Assembly (NCBI GenBank): GCA_048550535.1
Contig: JBLYYN010000191.1
Span: forward strand, 1-55,140
Length of the DNA stretch: 55,140 nucleotides
Direction of reading: 5' to 3'
DNA from: Gammaproteobacteria bacterium
GTDB lineage: Bacteria; Pseudomonadota; Gammaproteobacteria; SZUA-229
This document shows, piece by piece, positions 27,976-35,865 of this stretch (within the stretch, counting starts at the first letter, position 1; every line of letters begins with the position of its first letter). Under the pieces are notes generated by a model. That model saw only the letters and a list, made by a program, of their open reading frames with translations. It was not told where the DNA came from and made no database searches. The translations under genes were made by a program, and so were the position numbers.

Positions 27976-29289
27976 ATGAAAAATAAAATTTTGCCTGCAC
28001 TTATCCTGAGCAGCCTATGTGTTTCTACGCAAACTTTCGCCACCAATGGTTATCAACTCATAGGTATAGGTAACTATCAGAAAGGTCTCGCTGGCGCTGT
28101 AACCGCCATGCCTGGTTCTGCCATGACGGCCATTAGCAACCCGGCAGGTATGGCCCGCATTGGTAAGCGTGCAGACTTCAGTCTGGAAATGTTCATGCCG
28201 GATAGACATGTCGATTTTACCGCTACCGGCGGCGAAAAGAGCGACAGTGCTGCCACTCAATACGGCGTGCCTTCTTTGGGCTGGACCGCTCCGGTCAGTG
28301 ATGAAAATCCTGATGTATATTTTGGCGGCGGCATGTATGGAACATCAGGTCTGGGAACAGATTACCCATTAACTCAGTTTTCAGCGGCTTTTCCTCCAAC
28401 TGCACCTTTTGACATGTATTTTGAAGGCTATTCCTCCTTACAGTTCTGGCAAATGGCACCCACTGTTGCCTGGAACCCTAGCAAAAAGCTCAGTTATGGA
28501 ATCTCGCTAAACATAGATTACCAGTCGGTTTCCATGAAACAGGCCTTTTATGCAGATACCACTGCTGATGGTATCGCAGATACCAACATGGTTAATTTTG
28601 ATCTGAGTCGTAGTGCTTCTTCTTTTGGTCTGGGCCTGACCCTTGGTGTGCTCTACGATGTTAACGACAAACTGACACTGGGTGCAAGCTATAAGAGTGA
28701 ACAGAATTTCAGCGACCTGGAATACCAATTGAGTCATGGTGACATCCAGGATATAACTGGTCAAAATCGGTTAGATATTACTGGCTGTGCTGGCAATGTA
28801 TGTCCAGCAGGCACCTATAAACTGGATCTGGACTTCCCTCAGGTTTTTGCCGCAGGCATAGCATACAAGGCTATGGAAAAACTGACTGTATCGTTCGATG
28901 TTAAATTAATCACCTGGTCCGATACCCTTAGCACCATGGAAATTACTGGACCAGACAGTATAAAGATCAGCTTGCCAGCGGGCTGGGACGACCAGACCAT
29001 TATCGCCCTGGGTGTTGAATATGCGGTCAATGAAAAACTCAATCTACGCGCAGGTTATAATCATGCCGATGCGCCGATTGATGATGCCGATACCGACAAT
29101 AACTACATCTTGCCGGCGGTCACCACCAGCCATTTTGCCATTGGCGGTGATTACCATGTGAGCAAATACTGGGAGATTGGCTTCCATGCATCTAAGGCAT
29201 CTGAAGAAACTCTGACTTCTCCAACCACCGGTGCATCAATTGGACTGGGCATTACTACCGTGGGTATGAACCTGGGTTTTCATTTTTAA
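27976..29289 (+). CDS. Outer-membrane transport protein of the OMPP1/FadL/TodX family
   Basis: Signal peptide MKNKILPALILSSLCVSTQTFA, an N-terminal hatch motif NGYQLIGIG...AISNPAGMA, and a beta-barrel ending in the terminal aromatic residues (GFHF). The start is moved to the Met preceding the signal peptide. Confidence 0.85.
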   Translation: MKNKILPALILSSLCVSTQTFATNGYQLIGIGNYQKGLAGAVTAMPGSAMTAISNPAGMARIGKRADFSLEMFMPDRHVDFTATGGEKSDSAATQYGVPSLGWTAPVSDENPDVYFGGGMYGTSGLGTDYPLTQFSAAFPPTAPFDMYFEGYSSLQFWQMAPTVAWNPSKKLSYGISLNIDYQSVSMKQAFYADTTADGIADTNMVNFDLSRSASSFGLGLTLGVLYDVNDKLTLGASYKSEQNFSDLEYQLSHGDIQDITGQNRLDITGCAGNVCPAGTYKLDLDFPQVFAAGIAYKAMEKLTVSFDVKLITWSDTLSTMEITGPDSIKISLPAGWDDQTIIALGVEYAVNEKLNLRAGYNHADAPIDDADTDNNYILPAVTTSHFAIGGDYHVSKYWEIGFHASKASEETLTSPTTGASIGLGITTVGMNLGFHF

Positions 29290-29308
29290 ACTAAATAAAC
29301 TTAGCAAT

Positions 29309-29341
29309 AAAAAAAAGGGCCTGCTTGTCAGGCCCTTTTTT
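29309..29341. terminator. Bidirectional rho-independent terminator
   Basis: A-run, then stem GGGCCTG/CAGGCCC with a 5-nt loop, then a T-run. Confidence 0.75.
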
Positions 29342-29784
29342 GTTATTTTAAAATAATTATGTTTCAAAAAATTAAGATAAATCTGTAGTAAGCCTTTAAT
29401 TTTATGATTTTTTTAAACATTCATTTCGCCTGTTGGCGACCTACTTATTTTTCTGCAGCAAAAAATAAGTAGGCAACAAAATGCCGCCCCAACTCTCAAG
29501 CCCTTCATAAAAACCATGAAGGGTTCCCTCGTCAGTCCTTATTGATACGGCTGCTGCGGAACTCACGAATCATGAAATGCTTGATTCGCTCAGACATCCT
29601 CGCAGAAAACTTCCGCATCAATCACTCCTTCCTCGGCTTGTTCAATGGGAAACTATAAACACAAAAGCAAAAGAAAGCTGGCCCAATTCGCACTGATTGT
29701 ATGCGTGTCATCTCGGCAATTGCCGAGGCGAAACCAATGCAAAAACCAGGAACATTTTGAATAAAATATATAATTAATTAAGCT

Positions 29785-30141
29785 TTAATCACAAAAAACA
29801 ACACCCTTAGAAACCGCCAGTGACTTGATATGCCCCTCGTCCGGATAAGCCTCCGGCGCCATCTGCATAGTGGTCTGCCATTCAGAAAACAAACTGGCCA
29901 GCTCTGGATCCGAACCATGGCAGCCCAGCACACTGATCACACAATCCCCCACCTTCCACGGGCCGTCACCCTTATATTTTCCCTGCACCAGATGTATTCC
30001 TGATTGCTCTGGCTGCTGATGCCAGAACACTTCAAAATATAGCAGGCCTTGCGGATGTTGAAAATATTCGGCCATGATGTGTTTACGACCATCGGGTAAA
30101 CGAATCACCAGGGGTGATTTCATAGTAAATAAATCAGCCAT
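29785..30141 (-). CDS. Hypothetical protein (118 aa)
   Basis: ORF starting 3 nt after the upstream 117-aa ORF. No motif recognised. Confidence 0.5.
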   Translation of the reverse strand: MADLFTMKSPLVIRLPDGRKHIMAEYFQHPQGLLYFEVFWHQQPEQSGIHLVQGKYKGDGPWKVGDCVISVLGCHGSDPELASLFSEWQTTMQMAPEAYPDEGHIKSLAVSKGVVFCD

Positions 30142-30144
30142 ATA

Positions 30145-30498
30145 TCAGGTGGCTATGTCGATTTCATCGATTTCCAGGTCATTATGCACCGTAATGCCTT
30201 TAACGTTTGGCATGGTATGGATGATATAGGCGCTCATGAGATAAAACATACGCTTGTTTTCGGTATGCATGGCACTCACCAGTTTATTGGCCGCCACCTG
30301 ACAACGCTGTTCCGGTGTCGGGTTTTCTACCCAGAATCGCCCCAACTGCCAGCCCTTATCCATATCATCATCCATGGTTTTAAAAAAATCCTGGGCCTCA
30401 TCCAGTAATTGCTCAGGCACATCCAGTGCATAGGCCTCCTGATCAATGTTAATATTCAAAATCATTGTTTCATACGCTTTGCTTTTAGAGCGTGGCAT
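30145..30498 (-). CDS. Hypothetical acidic protein (117 aa; the start may be the internal Met of MILNINID)
   Basis: ORF divergent from the PiuC-like gene. No motif recognised. Confidence 0.5.
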   Translation of the reverse strand: MPRSKSKAYETMILNINIDQEAYALDVPEQLLDEAQDFFKTMDDDMDKGWQLGRFWVENPTPEQRCQVAANKLVSAMHTENKRMFYLMSAYIIHTMPNVKGITVHNDLEIDEIDIAT

Positions 30499-30555
30499 TA
30501 TATCAGAAGGTTTAGGCTGCCTCTAAACCTAATACCCTGTTGCACTGGAGAAATC

Positions 30556-31230
30556 ATGCTTATACCGATTCATGGCGTACTCGATCAGGATCAACTATCT
30601 AGTGTACGTAAAATACTGGATGAATCGCAATTTGTGGATGGTCGATTATCCGCCGGCGTAACGGCGAGAAAAGTGAAGAACAACCAGGAAATCCCACAGA
30701 ATGCACAGGTTCTCAACCAGCTCAACAACATTGTCATGAACAGCCTGTTCAATCATCCTGTTTATCAGGCCGCGGTCATACCCCACCGGGTTGCCACGCC
30801 TTTCTATGCCCGTTATGGCTCAGGACAGTTTTATGGCGACCATGTTGACGACCCCATCATGGGCCCAATGAACGGCCGTTATCGCACTGACGTATCCACT
30901 ACCCTGTTTCTTAATGACCCTGACGAATATGACGGCGGAGAAACCGTAATTCGCACTCACATGGGTGACAATAGAGTAAAGCTGGCCGCGGGAGATGCCA
31001 TCACCTATCCTTCCGGCAGCCTGCACCATGTCGCAGAAGTAACCCGAGGCACCCGCCTGGTCGCCGTGAATTGGGCGCAGAGCATGATTCGAGACCCAGC
31101 CAAGAGGGAGCTACTATTCGAACTGCACAAAGCCCGTGAATCCTTACAGAAGAAATACCCGGATGATGATGAAATCGTGAAAATTGACCACAGCTACATC
31201 AACCTGGTACGCATGTGGGCGGAGATTTGA
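30556..31230 (+). CDS. PKHD-type Fe(II)/2OG hydroxylase (PiuC/YbiX-like)
   Basis: MLIPIHGVLDQDQL... N-terminus, HxD in YGDHVDD and a distal His in GSLHHV. GGAG lies 6 nt upstream of the ATG at 30556. The track start at 30409 is rejected because it overlaps the divergent gene. Confidence 0.85.
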   Translation: MLIPIHGVLDQDQLSSVRKILDESQFVDGRLSAGVTARKVKNNQEIPQNAQVLNQLNNIVMNSLFNHPVYQAAVIPHRVATPFYARYGSGQFYGDHVDDPIMGPMNGRYRTDVSTTLFLNDPDEYDGGETVIRTHMGDNRVKLAAGDAITYPSGSLHHVAEVTRGTRLVAVNWAQSMIRDPAKRELLFELHKARESLQKKYPDDDEIVKIDHSYINLVRMWAEI

Positions 31231-31236
31231 TAATTT

Positions 31237-31352
31237 GCCACAGAGGCACAGAGTCCACAAAGAAATGAATTGTTGTTAAATATTTACCCCGGAGTCATAG
31301 AGAATAAGAGATTAATACTAAAAGCACTCTCTGATCTCTGTGTCTCTGTGGC
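31237..31352. repeat. CACAGAG-iteron palindromic element, copy 2
   Basis: Left arm GCCACAGAGGCACAGAGTCCACAAAG. Right arm CACTCTCTGATCTCTGTGTCTCTGTGGC. It starts 6 nt after the stop of the PiuC-like gene. Confidence 0.8.
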
Positions 31353-31369
31353 AATGATTTACCATACAT

Positions 31370-31398
31370 AAAAAAAGCCGCTATGAAGCGGCTTTTTT
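31370..31398. terminator. Bidirectional rho-independent terminator between convergent genes
   Basis: AAAAAA, then stem AGCCGC/GCGGCT with a 6-nt loop, then TTTTT. Confidence 0.75.
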
Positions 31399-31422
31399 GC
31401 ATCTAAAACGTTGGGTTAAATC

Positions 31423-31626
31423 TTAACGTTTTGAACCTTTATCAGCATGAGCAGCGTCACACAGTTCCATTGCTTTATCATTAAAGGTTTCACGATAACC
31501 GTCCAGTGCATGACCAGACTCAGGAGTGTAGTAGTTTTTTGCATCAAAACCGTTTTTGTGTTCGTTTTCGATAAACTTCTTCTGCATTTCGATCAATTCT
31601 TTGATCAGTGTGTTTCTGTCGCTCAT
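31423..31626 (-). CDS. Small hypothetical protein (67 aa)
   Basis: ORF with a terminator downstream and ordinary composition. No motif recognised. Confidence 0.45.
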   Translation of the reverse strand: MSDRNTLIKELIEMQKKFIENEHKNGFDAKNYYTPESGHALDGYRETFNDKAMELCDAAHADKGSKR

Positions 31627-31739
31627 TAGCTCTACCTCATGAAGTCTTTATTAATCCGGCCAGTTCAACCAAGTTGCAGAATTATAGCCGGTATTGAACA
31701 AGAATGCCTCTACCCCAATGGGAATAGAGGCATTAATAG

Positions 31740-32078
31740 TTAATAACCGCCTTTACGGGTACTCTGTGGCAGGCCAGCGATTTTACGACCCTGCTTGCTG
31801 GGCGCAAGCGGGAATAGCCCGAAAGTATCTTTACTGGAAGGCTTACTGCCCCAGATTTTACCCAGATCCTTCAGGATAGTACGCTCATTAGGCTCATTGC
31901 CTGCATTGTCAATGTGCTCAGCGCGCAGATACTTGACAACATCCCAGTGCTTGTCAGTCATTTCGATGCCTTCTATAGCGGCCAGTGCCAGCGCAACATC
32001 TTCGTTCCAGTCATTTATATCAGCCAGGTAACCGGTTTCAGTTACTTCGATTGATTTGCCATTTACGTCTAGTGCCAT
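31740..32078 (-). CDS. DsrC/TusE-family paralogue lacking both C-terminal cysteines
   Basis: Aligns along its whole length with the DsrC at 38136-38468 (VNGKS.E..E.GYLA....W.....A.A..E......HW.V...LR). It ends ...QGRKIAGLPQSTRKGGY rather than ...QACKYAGLPKPTGCV. Confidence 0.85.
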   Translation of the reverse strand: MALDVNGKSIEVTETGYLADINDWNEDVALALAAIEGIEMTDKHWDVVKYLRAEHIDNAGNEPNERTILKDLGKIWGSKPSSKDTFGLFPLAPSKQGRKIAGLPQSTRKGGY

Positions 32079-32255
32079 GATTTAGCCCCTATCAAAAATG
32101 CAATTATTAACAGTCAAAATTCTAAGGGGGCTAACTTAATCATAGTTTACCTGAAATGTCACTTATCCCATTAGATATATTAGCCAAGTCTAAATCATTA
32201 AAAATAAGCCTGAGGCAGGATTTTTATCTTATAATTTCAATGACTTGAAGAAATA

Positions 32256-32969
32256 CTATTCGGCGCCGCTAAAATGTGATGTTTCGGACATATCACCTAC
32301 CGGCTTAATACCTTTGTGGGGAATGAACAGGCCAAAACCCATTTTTCGGCCATCGCCGATGCCATGAGTTTGCAGCAGCACCGATTCTTCAGGATCCAGA
32401 TCCGCCACCATGACACTCATGGTACGCACCCGCCCCTGGGGTAGCCTGAACTCATGACTGATGCCGCACAGCGCCTTGTTCAGTGTGATGCCCATGGCTT
32501 TCATATCACTGGACAGGCGAGCAACCAGCTGATCTTCGGTTTCATTCTCCTGCAGCAGAATATAACGGGCAAACAGAGTCCCAAGAGAAGTCAATGGCTT
32601 CACCTGATAATCACCCACAGTGATGGCATTGCCAGCGATATCAAGGGTCTGCCCCACTAGTGCCTGTGCATCCTCAAATCGATCTTTGGGCATACGCAGC
32701 ATCATACGGGAGCGTTTTGACAGGTAAATAAAATCTTCACCGTCCTCTTCTTCCGGACGCTGCCAGCCATTGCCTGATGACGCACCATGAATCAGATGCA
32801 CGCCGGCACGCTGTTCGTCGGCCAGCCAGGGCAATGCCAGGTGTAGCGCCTGGGACAGATCATGAGCATGATCCAGTGCAATTTGCTTACAGCTGATCTT
32901 GAACGAAAGATCCGCGATATCATCCGGTACCACAAAGGACTGTTCGCGTTTATTTTCTTCCCACAACAT
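32256..32969 (-). CDS. RAMP/Cas6-like protein (tentatively Cas6/Cmx6-like) without CRISPR context
   Basis: 237 aa. The C-terminal GIGDGRKMGFG matches the Cas6/RAMP glycine-rich loop GhGxxxxxGhG exactly. The family assignment is from memory and unverified. Confidence 0.45.
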   Translation of the reverse strand: MLWEENKREQSFVVPDDIADLSFKISCKQIALDHAHDLSQALHLALPWLADEQRAGVHLIHGASSGNGWQRPEEEDGEDFIYLSKRSRMMLRMPKDRFEDAQALVGQTLDIAGNAITVGDYQVKPLTSLGTLFARYILLQENETEDQLVARLSSDMKAMGITLNKALCGISHEFRLPQGRVRTMSVMVADLDPEESVLLQTHGIGDGRKMGFGLFIPHKGIKPVGDMSETSHFSGAE

Positions 32970-32986
32970 ATGCAGAACTCACTCTA

Positions 32987-33178
32987 TTAACGATGAGGGG
33001 AAGTAAAGGCCACTTCCAGGCGATTCTCCCAGTCATTGGGGGTATCGGGAAACGGGGGACGCACATCGATCTGGAAATGCATTTCACCTTTACGTGCCCG
33101 CTCTTTTAATGCTTCTATCAAACTATCGAAACTTTCCAGCTCATGCTCCTGCATAAGCACTTCACTCAGATACAACAT
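32987..33178 (-). CDS. Small acidic hypothetical protein (63 aa, or 55 aa from the Met at 33154)
   Basis: Wedged between the TauD-like and Cas6-like genes. It either overlaps the upstream gene by 17 nt or starts 8 nt after it. Confidence 0.4.
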   Translation of the reverse strand: MLYLSEVLMQEHELESFDSLIEALKERARKGEMHFQIDVRPPFPDTPNDWENRLEVAFTSPHR

Positions 33179-34106
33179 GCTTCAACACCCTATCCAAATC
33201 TGTCTGTTCAATCCGGTCGAAATACCTCGCCCGATATAATAAACGTTGCCGTCCCGATGCGGGATCATCGGTAAAACCGCTACGAGAGTGCAATATATTA
33301 TTGCAGACTATACCCTCACCTGGCTTTAACCTATACCTAATTACATAGGGGTTATCTGGGGTCAGTAGTTCCGTAATACAAGCCACCGCTTCCTGTGTGA
33401 TGGTATTATTTTTCCACTCGATATTCCGAGTGCGTGCAGTGTATCTCATGTGCAGATTTCCGGTATCTGGCTGCAAAGAAAACACGGGGCCCGTTTGCTC
33501 ACCACGTATTTCCACTCCCTGCTCAATATTAGCCGGTATAGTCATCACATCTGGCTGCATCAGCGCCTGGATAAAGTCCGGATTCTGGTCACGAAGCTGA
33601 ATGTACGCAATTTCATGATCCAGTAGCATATTTTCACCACCCTCGGCTGCATCCTGAGCACAATGCATTAAAATTCCACGAATTTGCTTATCCGGTGTAT
33701 TGTAATAACCATCGGTATGCCAGCTCAGGCGACGATTGGTATAGGGAATATACCCTGAATGTCGACCCACTTCGCGGACTTTCAGCGAACTGATACTGTC
33801 TCCATCGGCACAGAGATTTCCATCCAGGCGATTAAGGCCCATCTGCTTCCCAAGCATCTTGATCATCGATTTATCCACCAGCTGATGGTCCTTGAAGCGA
33901 TAAATCACAAAATTACTTTTACTACAGATATTTAACAGTTGAGTCAGTTCAGCTTGTCCAATAGCGTCAGGCTGCAAATCAACCCTGAGCTGATCAATGG
34001 ATGTCGGGTAAGCGTCCAGCTTGCTCTCTCGCCAGCGAAAATAGGCGACCTCATTGTGGAGCAGGAATGGATTTTGTTGCATTTGGTAAATCGCCTCAAA
34101 ACGCAC
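33162..34106 (-). CDS. TauD/TfdA-family Fe(II)/2OG dioxygenase
   Basis: HxD in LSWHTDGYYN and distal His/Arg residues in NNILHSRSGF...RQRLLYRARY. 314 aa. Confidence 0.75.
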   Translation of the reverse strand: MRFEAIYQMQQNPFLLHNEVAYFRWRESKLDAYPTSIDQLRVDLQPDAIGQAELTQLLNICSKSNFVIYRFKDHQLVDKSMIKMLGKQMGLNRLDGNLCADGDSISSLKVREVGRHSGYIPYTNRRLSWHTDGYYNTPDKQIRGILMHCAQDAAEGGENMLLDHEIAYIQLRDQNPDFIQALMQPDVMTIPANIEQGVEIRGEQTGPVFSLQPDTGNLHMRYTARTRNIEWKNNTITQEAVACITELLTPDNPYVIRYRLKPGEGIVCNNILHSRSGFTDDPASGRQRLLYRARYFDRIEQTDLDRVLKHVVSE

Positions 34107-34293
34107 ACATATAACTAATGTGTAATTAGTAAAAAATATGGCTCAATTACTAACCATAAAGATAATAAATCCTAACATTAGTATCTGTTAAATAAATAAT
34201 AATTTTATCATCAGATTAACTAACCTTTTGCATTATTTAGTGCTATATTATTTTGCTCAGTTTTTTGTAGTCTTGCCTGTCTATCGCTTTTAC

Positions 34294-34337
34294 TATCCCA
34301 TATGGGATATATGGAAGATCCTATTCCCCCCCATGGG
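34294..34337. promoter_or_regulatory. Two CCCAT(AT)GGG-centred palindromes in the TauD-like/dsrA divergent control region (candidate operator)
   Basis: A perfect 16-bp palindrome TATCCCATATGGGATA (34294-34309) and CCCATGGG (34330-34337), with centres 32 bp apart. Confidence 0.3.
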
Positions 34338-34529
34338 TAGGATGTTCTCATGTGCCAGCTAGGCCTAGACTACTTCGCACTGAAGAAGGAGGAATTTTTC
34401 TGTTTACTCAGAAAATGACTTCCACAGACTTATTAACCGTATGGCTCGTCCATATAAAGAAAGTTAGGGGAGCAGGCACTTACCGCGCCCCTAGGATAAA
34501 AACCTGTCGTCCCTACTACGGAGATCGCC

Positions 34530-35780
34530 ATGGCAGCAAACAAGATCTATGAAACACCGATGCTGGATGTACTGGAAGATGGCCCTTGGCCTAGCTTCAT
34601 TACTGGTATCAAAGCACTACGTGATAACCACGAAAGCCAATTCATCAACGATATCACTAGTTCTCTGCTCGGTCAGCTTGAGCATTCTTATGAAACTCGT
34701 AAGGGTTACTGGAAAGGTGGTACAGTGTCCGTATTCGGTTACGGCGGTGGTATCATCCCCCGTTTCTCTGAAGTAGCAAAAGCTTTCCCAGAGTCTAAAG
34801 AATTCCATACCCTGCGTGTACAGCCTACTCCAGGCAACTATTACACCACTGACATGCTGAATCAGCTTGCAGACAGCTGGGAAAAACACGGTTCAGGCCT
34901 TGTTACTTTCCACGGTCAGACAGGTAACATCATGTTCATCGGCACGACTACTGACGGTACTCAGACATTCTTTGATGAAATCAATGAGTTCGGTTGGGAT
35001 CTGGGTGGCGCGGGTCCTTGTGTACGTACGGCTATGTCTTGCGTAGGTGCGGCTCGTTGTGAAATGTCCTGTACTAACGAGCATGCTGCACAGCGCTGGC
35101 TGGTGAACAACTTCACTGACGATGTTCATCGCCCTGCCCTGCCTTACAAGTTTAAGTTCAAGATTTCTGGTTGTCCAAACGACTGTCAGAATGCTATCGA
35201 ACGTTCTGACATGGCCGTAATCGGTACATGGCGCGACGATATGAAAGTTGACCAGGCTGAGTTCAAGAACTACCTGGAAGCTAAAGGCCGTCAGTACATC
35301 ATTGATAACGTAATCACTCGCTGCCCGACTCAGGCCCTGTCTCTGGGTGACGACGATTCTATTCAGGTTGACAACCGCAACTGTGTACGTTGCATGCACT
35401 GCCTGAACGTTATGCCTAAAGCACTGCGTCCAGGTGATGATAAAGGTGTAACTATTTTGATCGGTGGTAAACGTACTCTGAAAATCGGTGACTTGATGGG
35501 TACAGTTATTCTGCCATTCAAGAAGCTGGATACTCGTGAAGACTACGAAGAACTGGTCGAATTTGCTGAAGAAGTTATCGACTTCTGGGCAGAAAACGCA
35601 CTGGAACATGAGCGTTGTGGTGAAATGATTGAACGTATCGGCCTGGTTAACTTCCTGGAAGGTATGGACGTTGATGTTGATCCTAATATGGTTAACAGCA
35701 CACGTCAAAGTTCTTATGTCCGTATGGATGGATGGGACGACGAAGCGGTTAAATGGTTCGAGCGTAAAGCAGAAGCCTAA
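34530..35780 (+). CDS. dsrA: Dissimilatory sulfite reductase alpha subunit DsrA (oxidative type)
   Basis: 416 aa with siroheme/[4Fe-4S] Cys clusters and a ferredoxin-like insert (CPTQA...CVRCMHC). Heads a dsrABEFHC... operon. Confidence 0.95.
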   Translation: MAANKIYETPMLDVLEDGPWPSFITGIKALRDNHESQFINDITSSLLGQLEHSYETRKGYWKGGTVSVFGYGGGIIPRFSEVAKAFPESKEFHTLRVQPTPGNYYTTDMLNQLADSWEKHGSGLVTFHGQTGNIMFIGTTTDGTQTFFDEINEFGWDLGGAGPCVRTAMSCVGAARCEMSCTNEHAAQRWLVNNFTDDVHRPALPYKFKFKISGCPNDCQNAIERSDMAVIGTWRDDMKVDQAEFKNYLEAKGRQYIIDNVITRCPTQALSLGDDDSIQVDNRNCVRCMHCLNVMPKALRPGDDKGVTILIGGKRTLKIGDLMGTVILPFKKLDTREDYEELVEFAEEVIDFWAENALEHERCGEMIERIGLVNFLEGMDVDVDPNMVNSTRQSSYVRMDGWDDEAVKWFERKAEA

Positions 35781-35797
35781 GCTTAAAAGTCTTGAGA

Positions 35798-35835
35798 TTC
35801 GATAATTGCGGGGATCCATCCCCGCCGTTATCGAA
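35798..35835 (+). other. Intercistronic stem-loop between dsrA and dsrB
   Basis: Outer stem TTCGATAA/TTATCGAA and inner stem GCGGGGA/TCCCCGC (15 bp in total, with 2-nt symmetric bulges). No T-run follows. Confidence 0.6.
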
Positions 35836-35865
35836 AGTTTAAATATATAACTTGAGGAACTAATC

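Noticed and set aside
28454-28469. Sigma-54-like motif TGGCAC-CCACTG-TTGC
   Set aside because: The GG to GC spacing is one nucleotide too long, and the site lies inside the FadL-like coding sequence.
30409-30555. 49-codon N-terminal extension of the PiuC-like gene
   Set aside because: It overlaps the divergent 117-aa gene and is hydrophobic and basic nonsense. The family N-terminus (MLIPIHGVL) with GGAG upstream begins at 30556.
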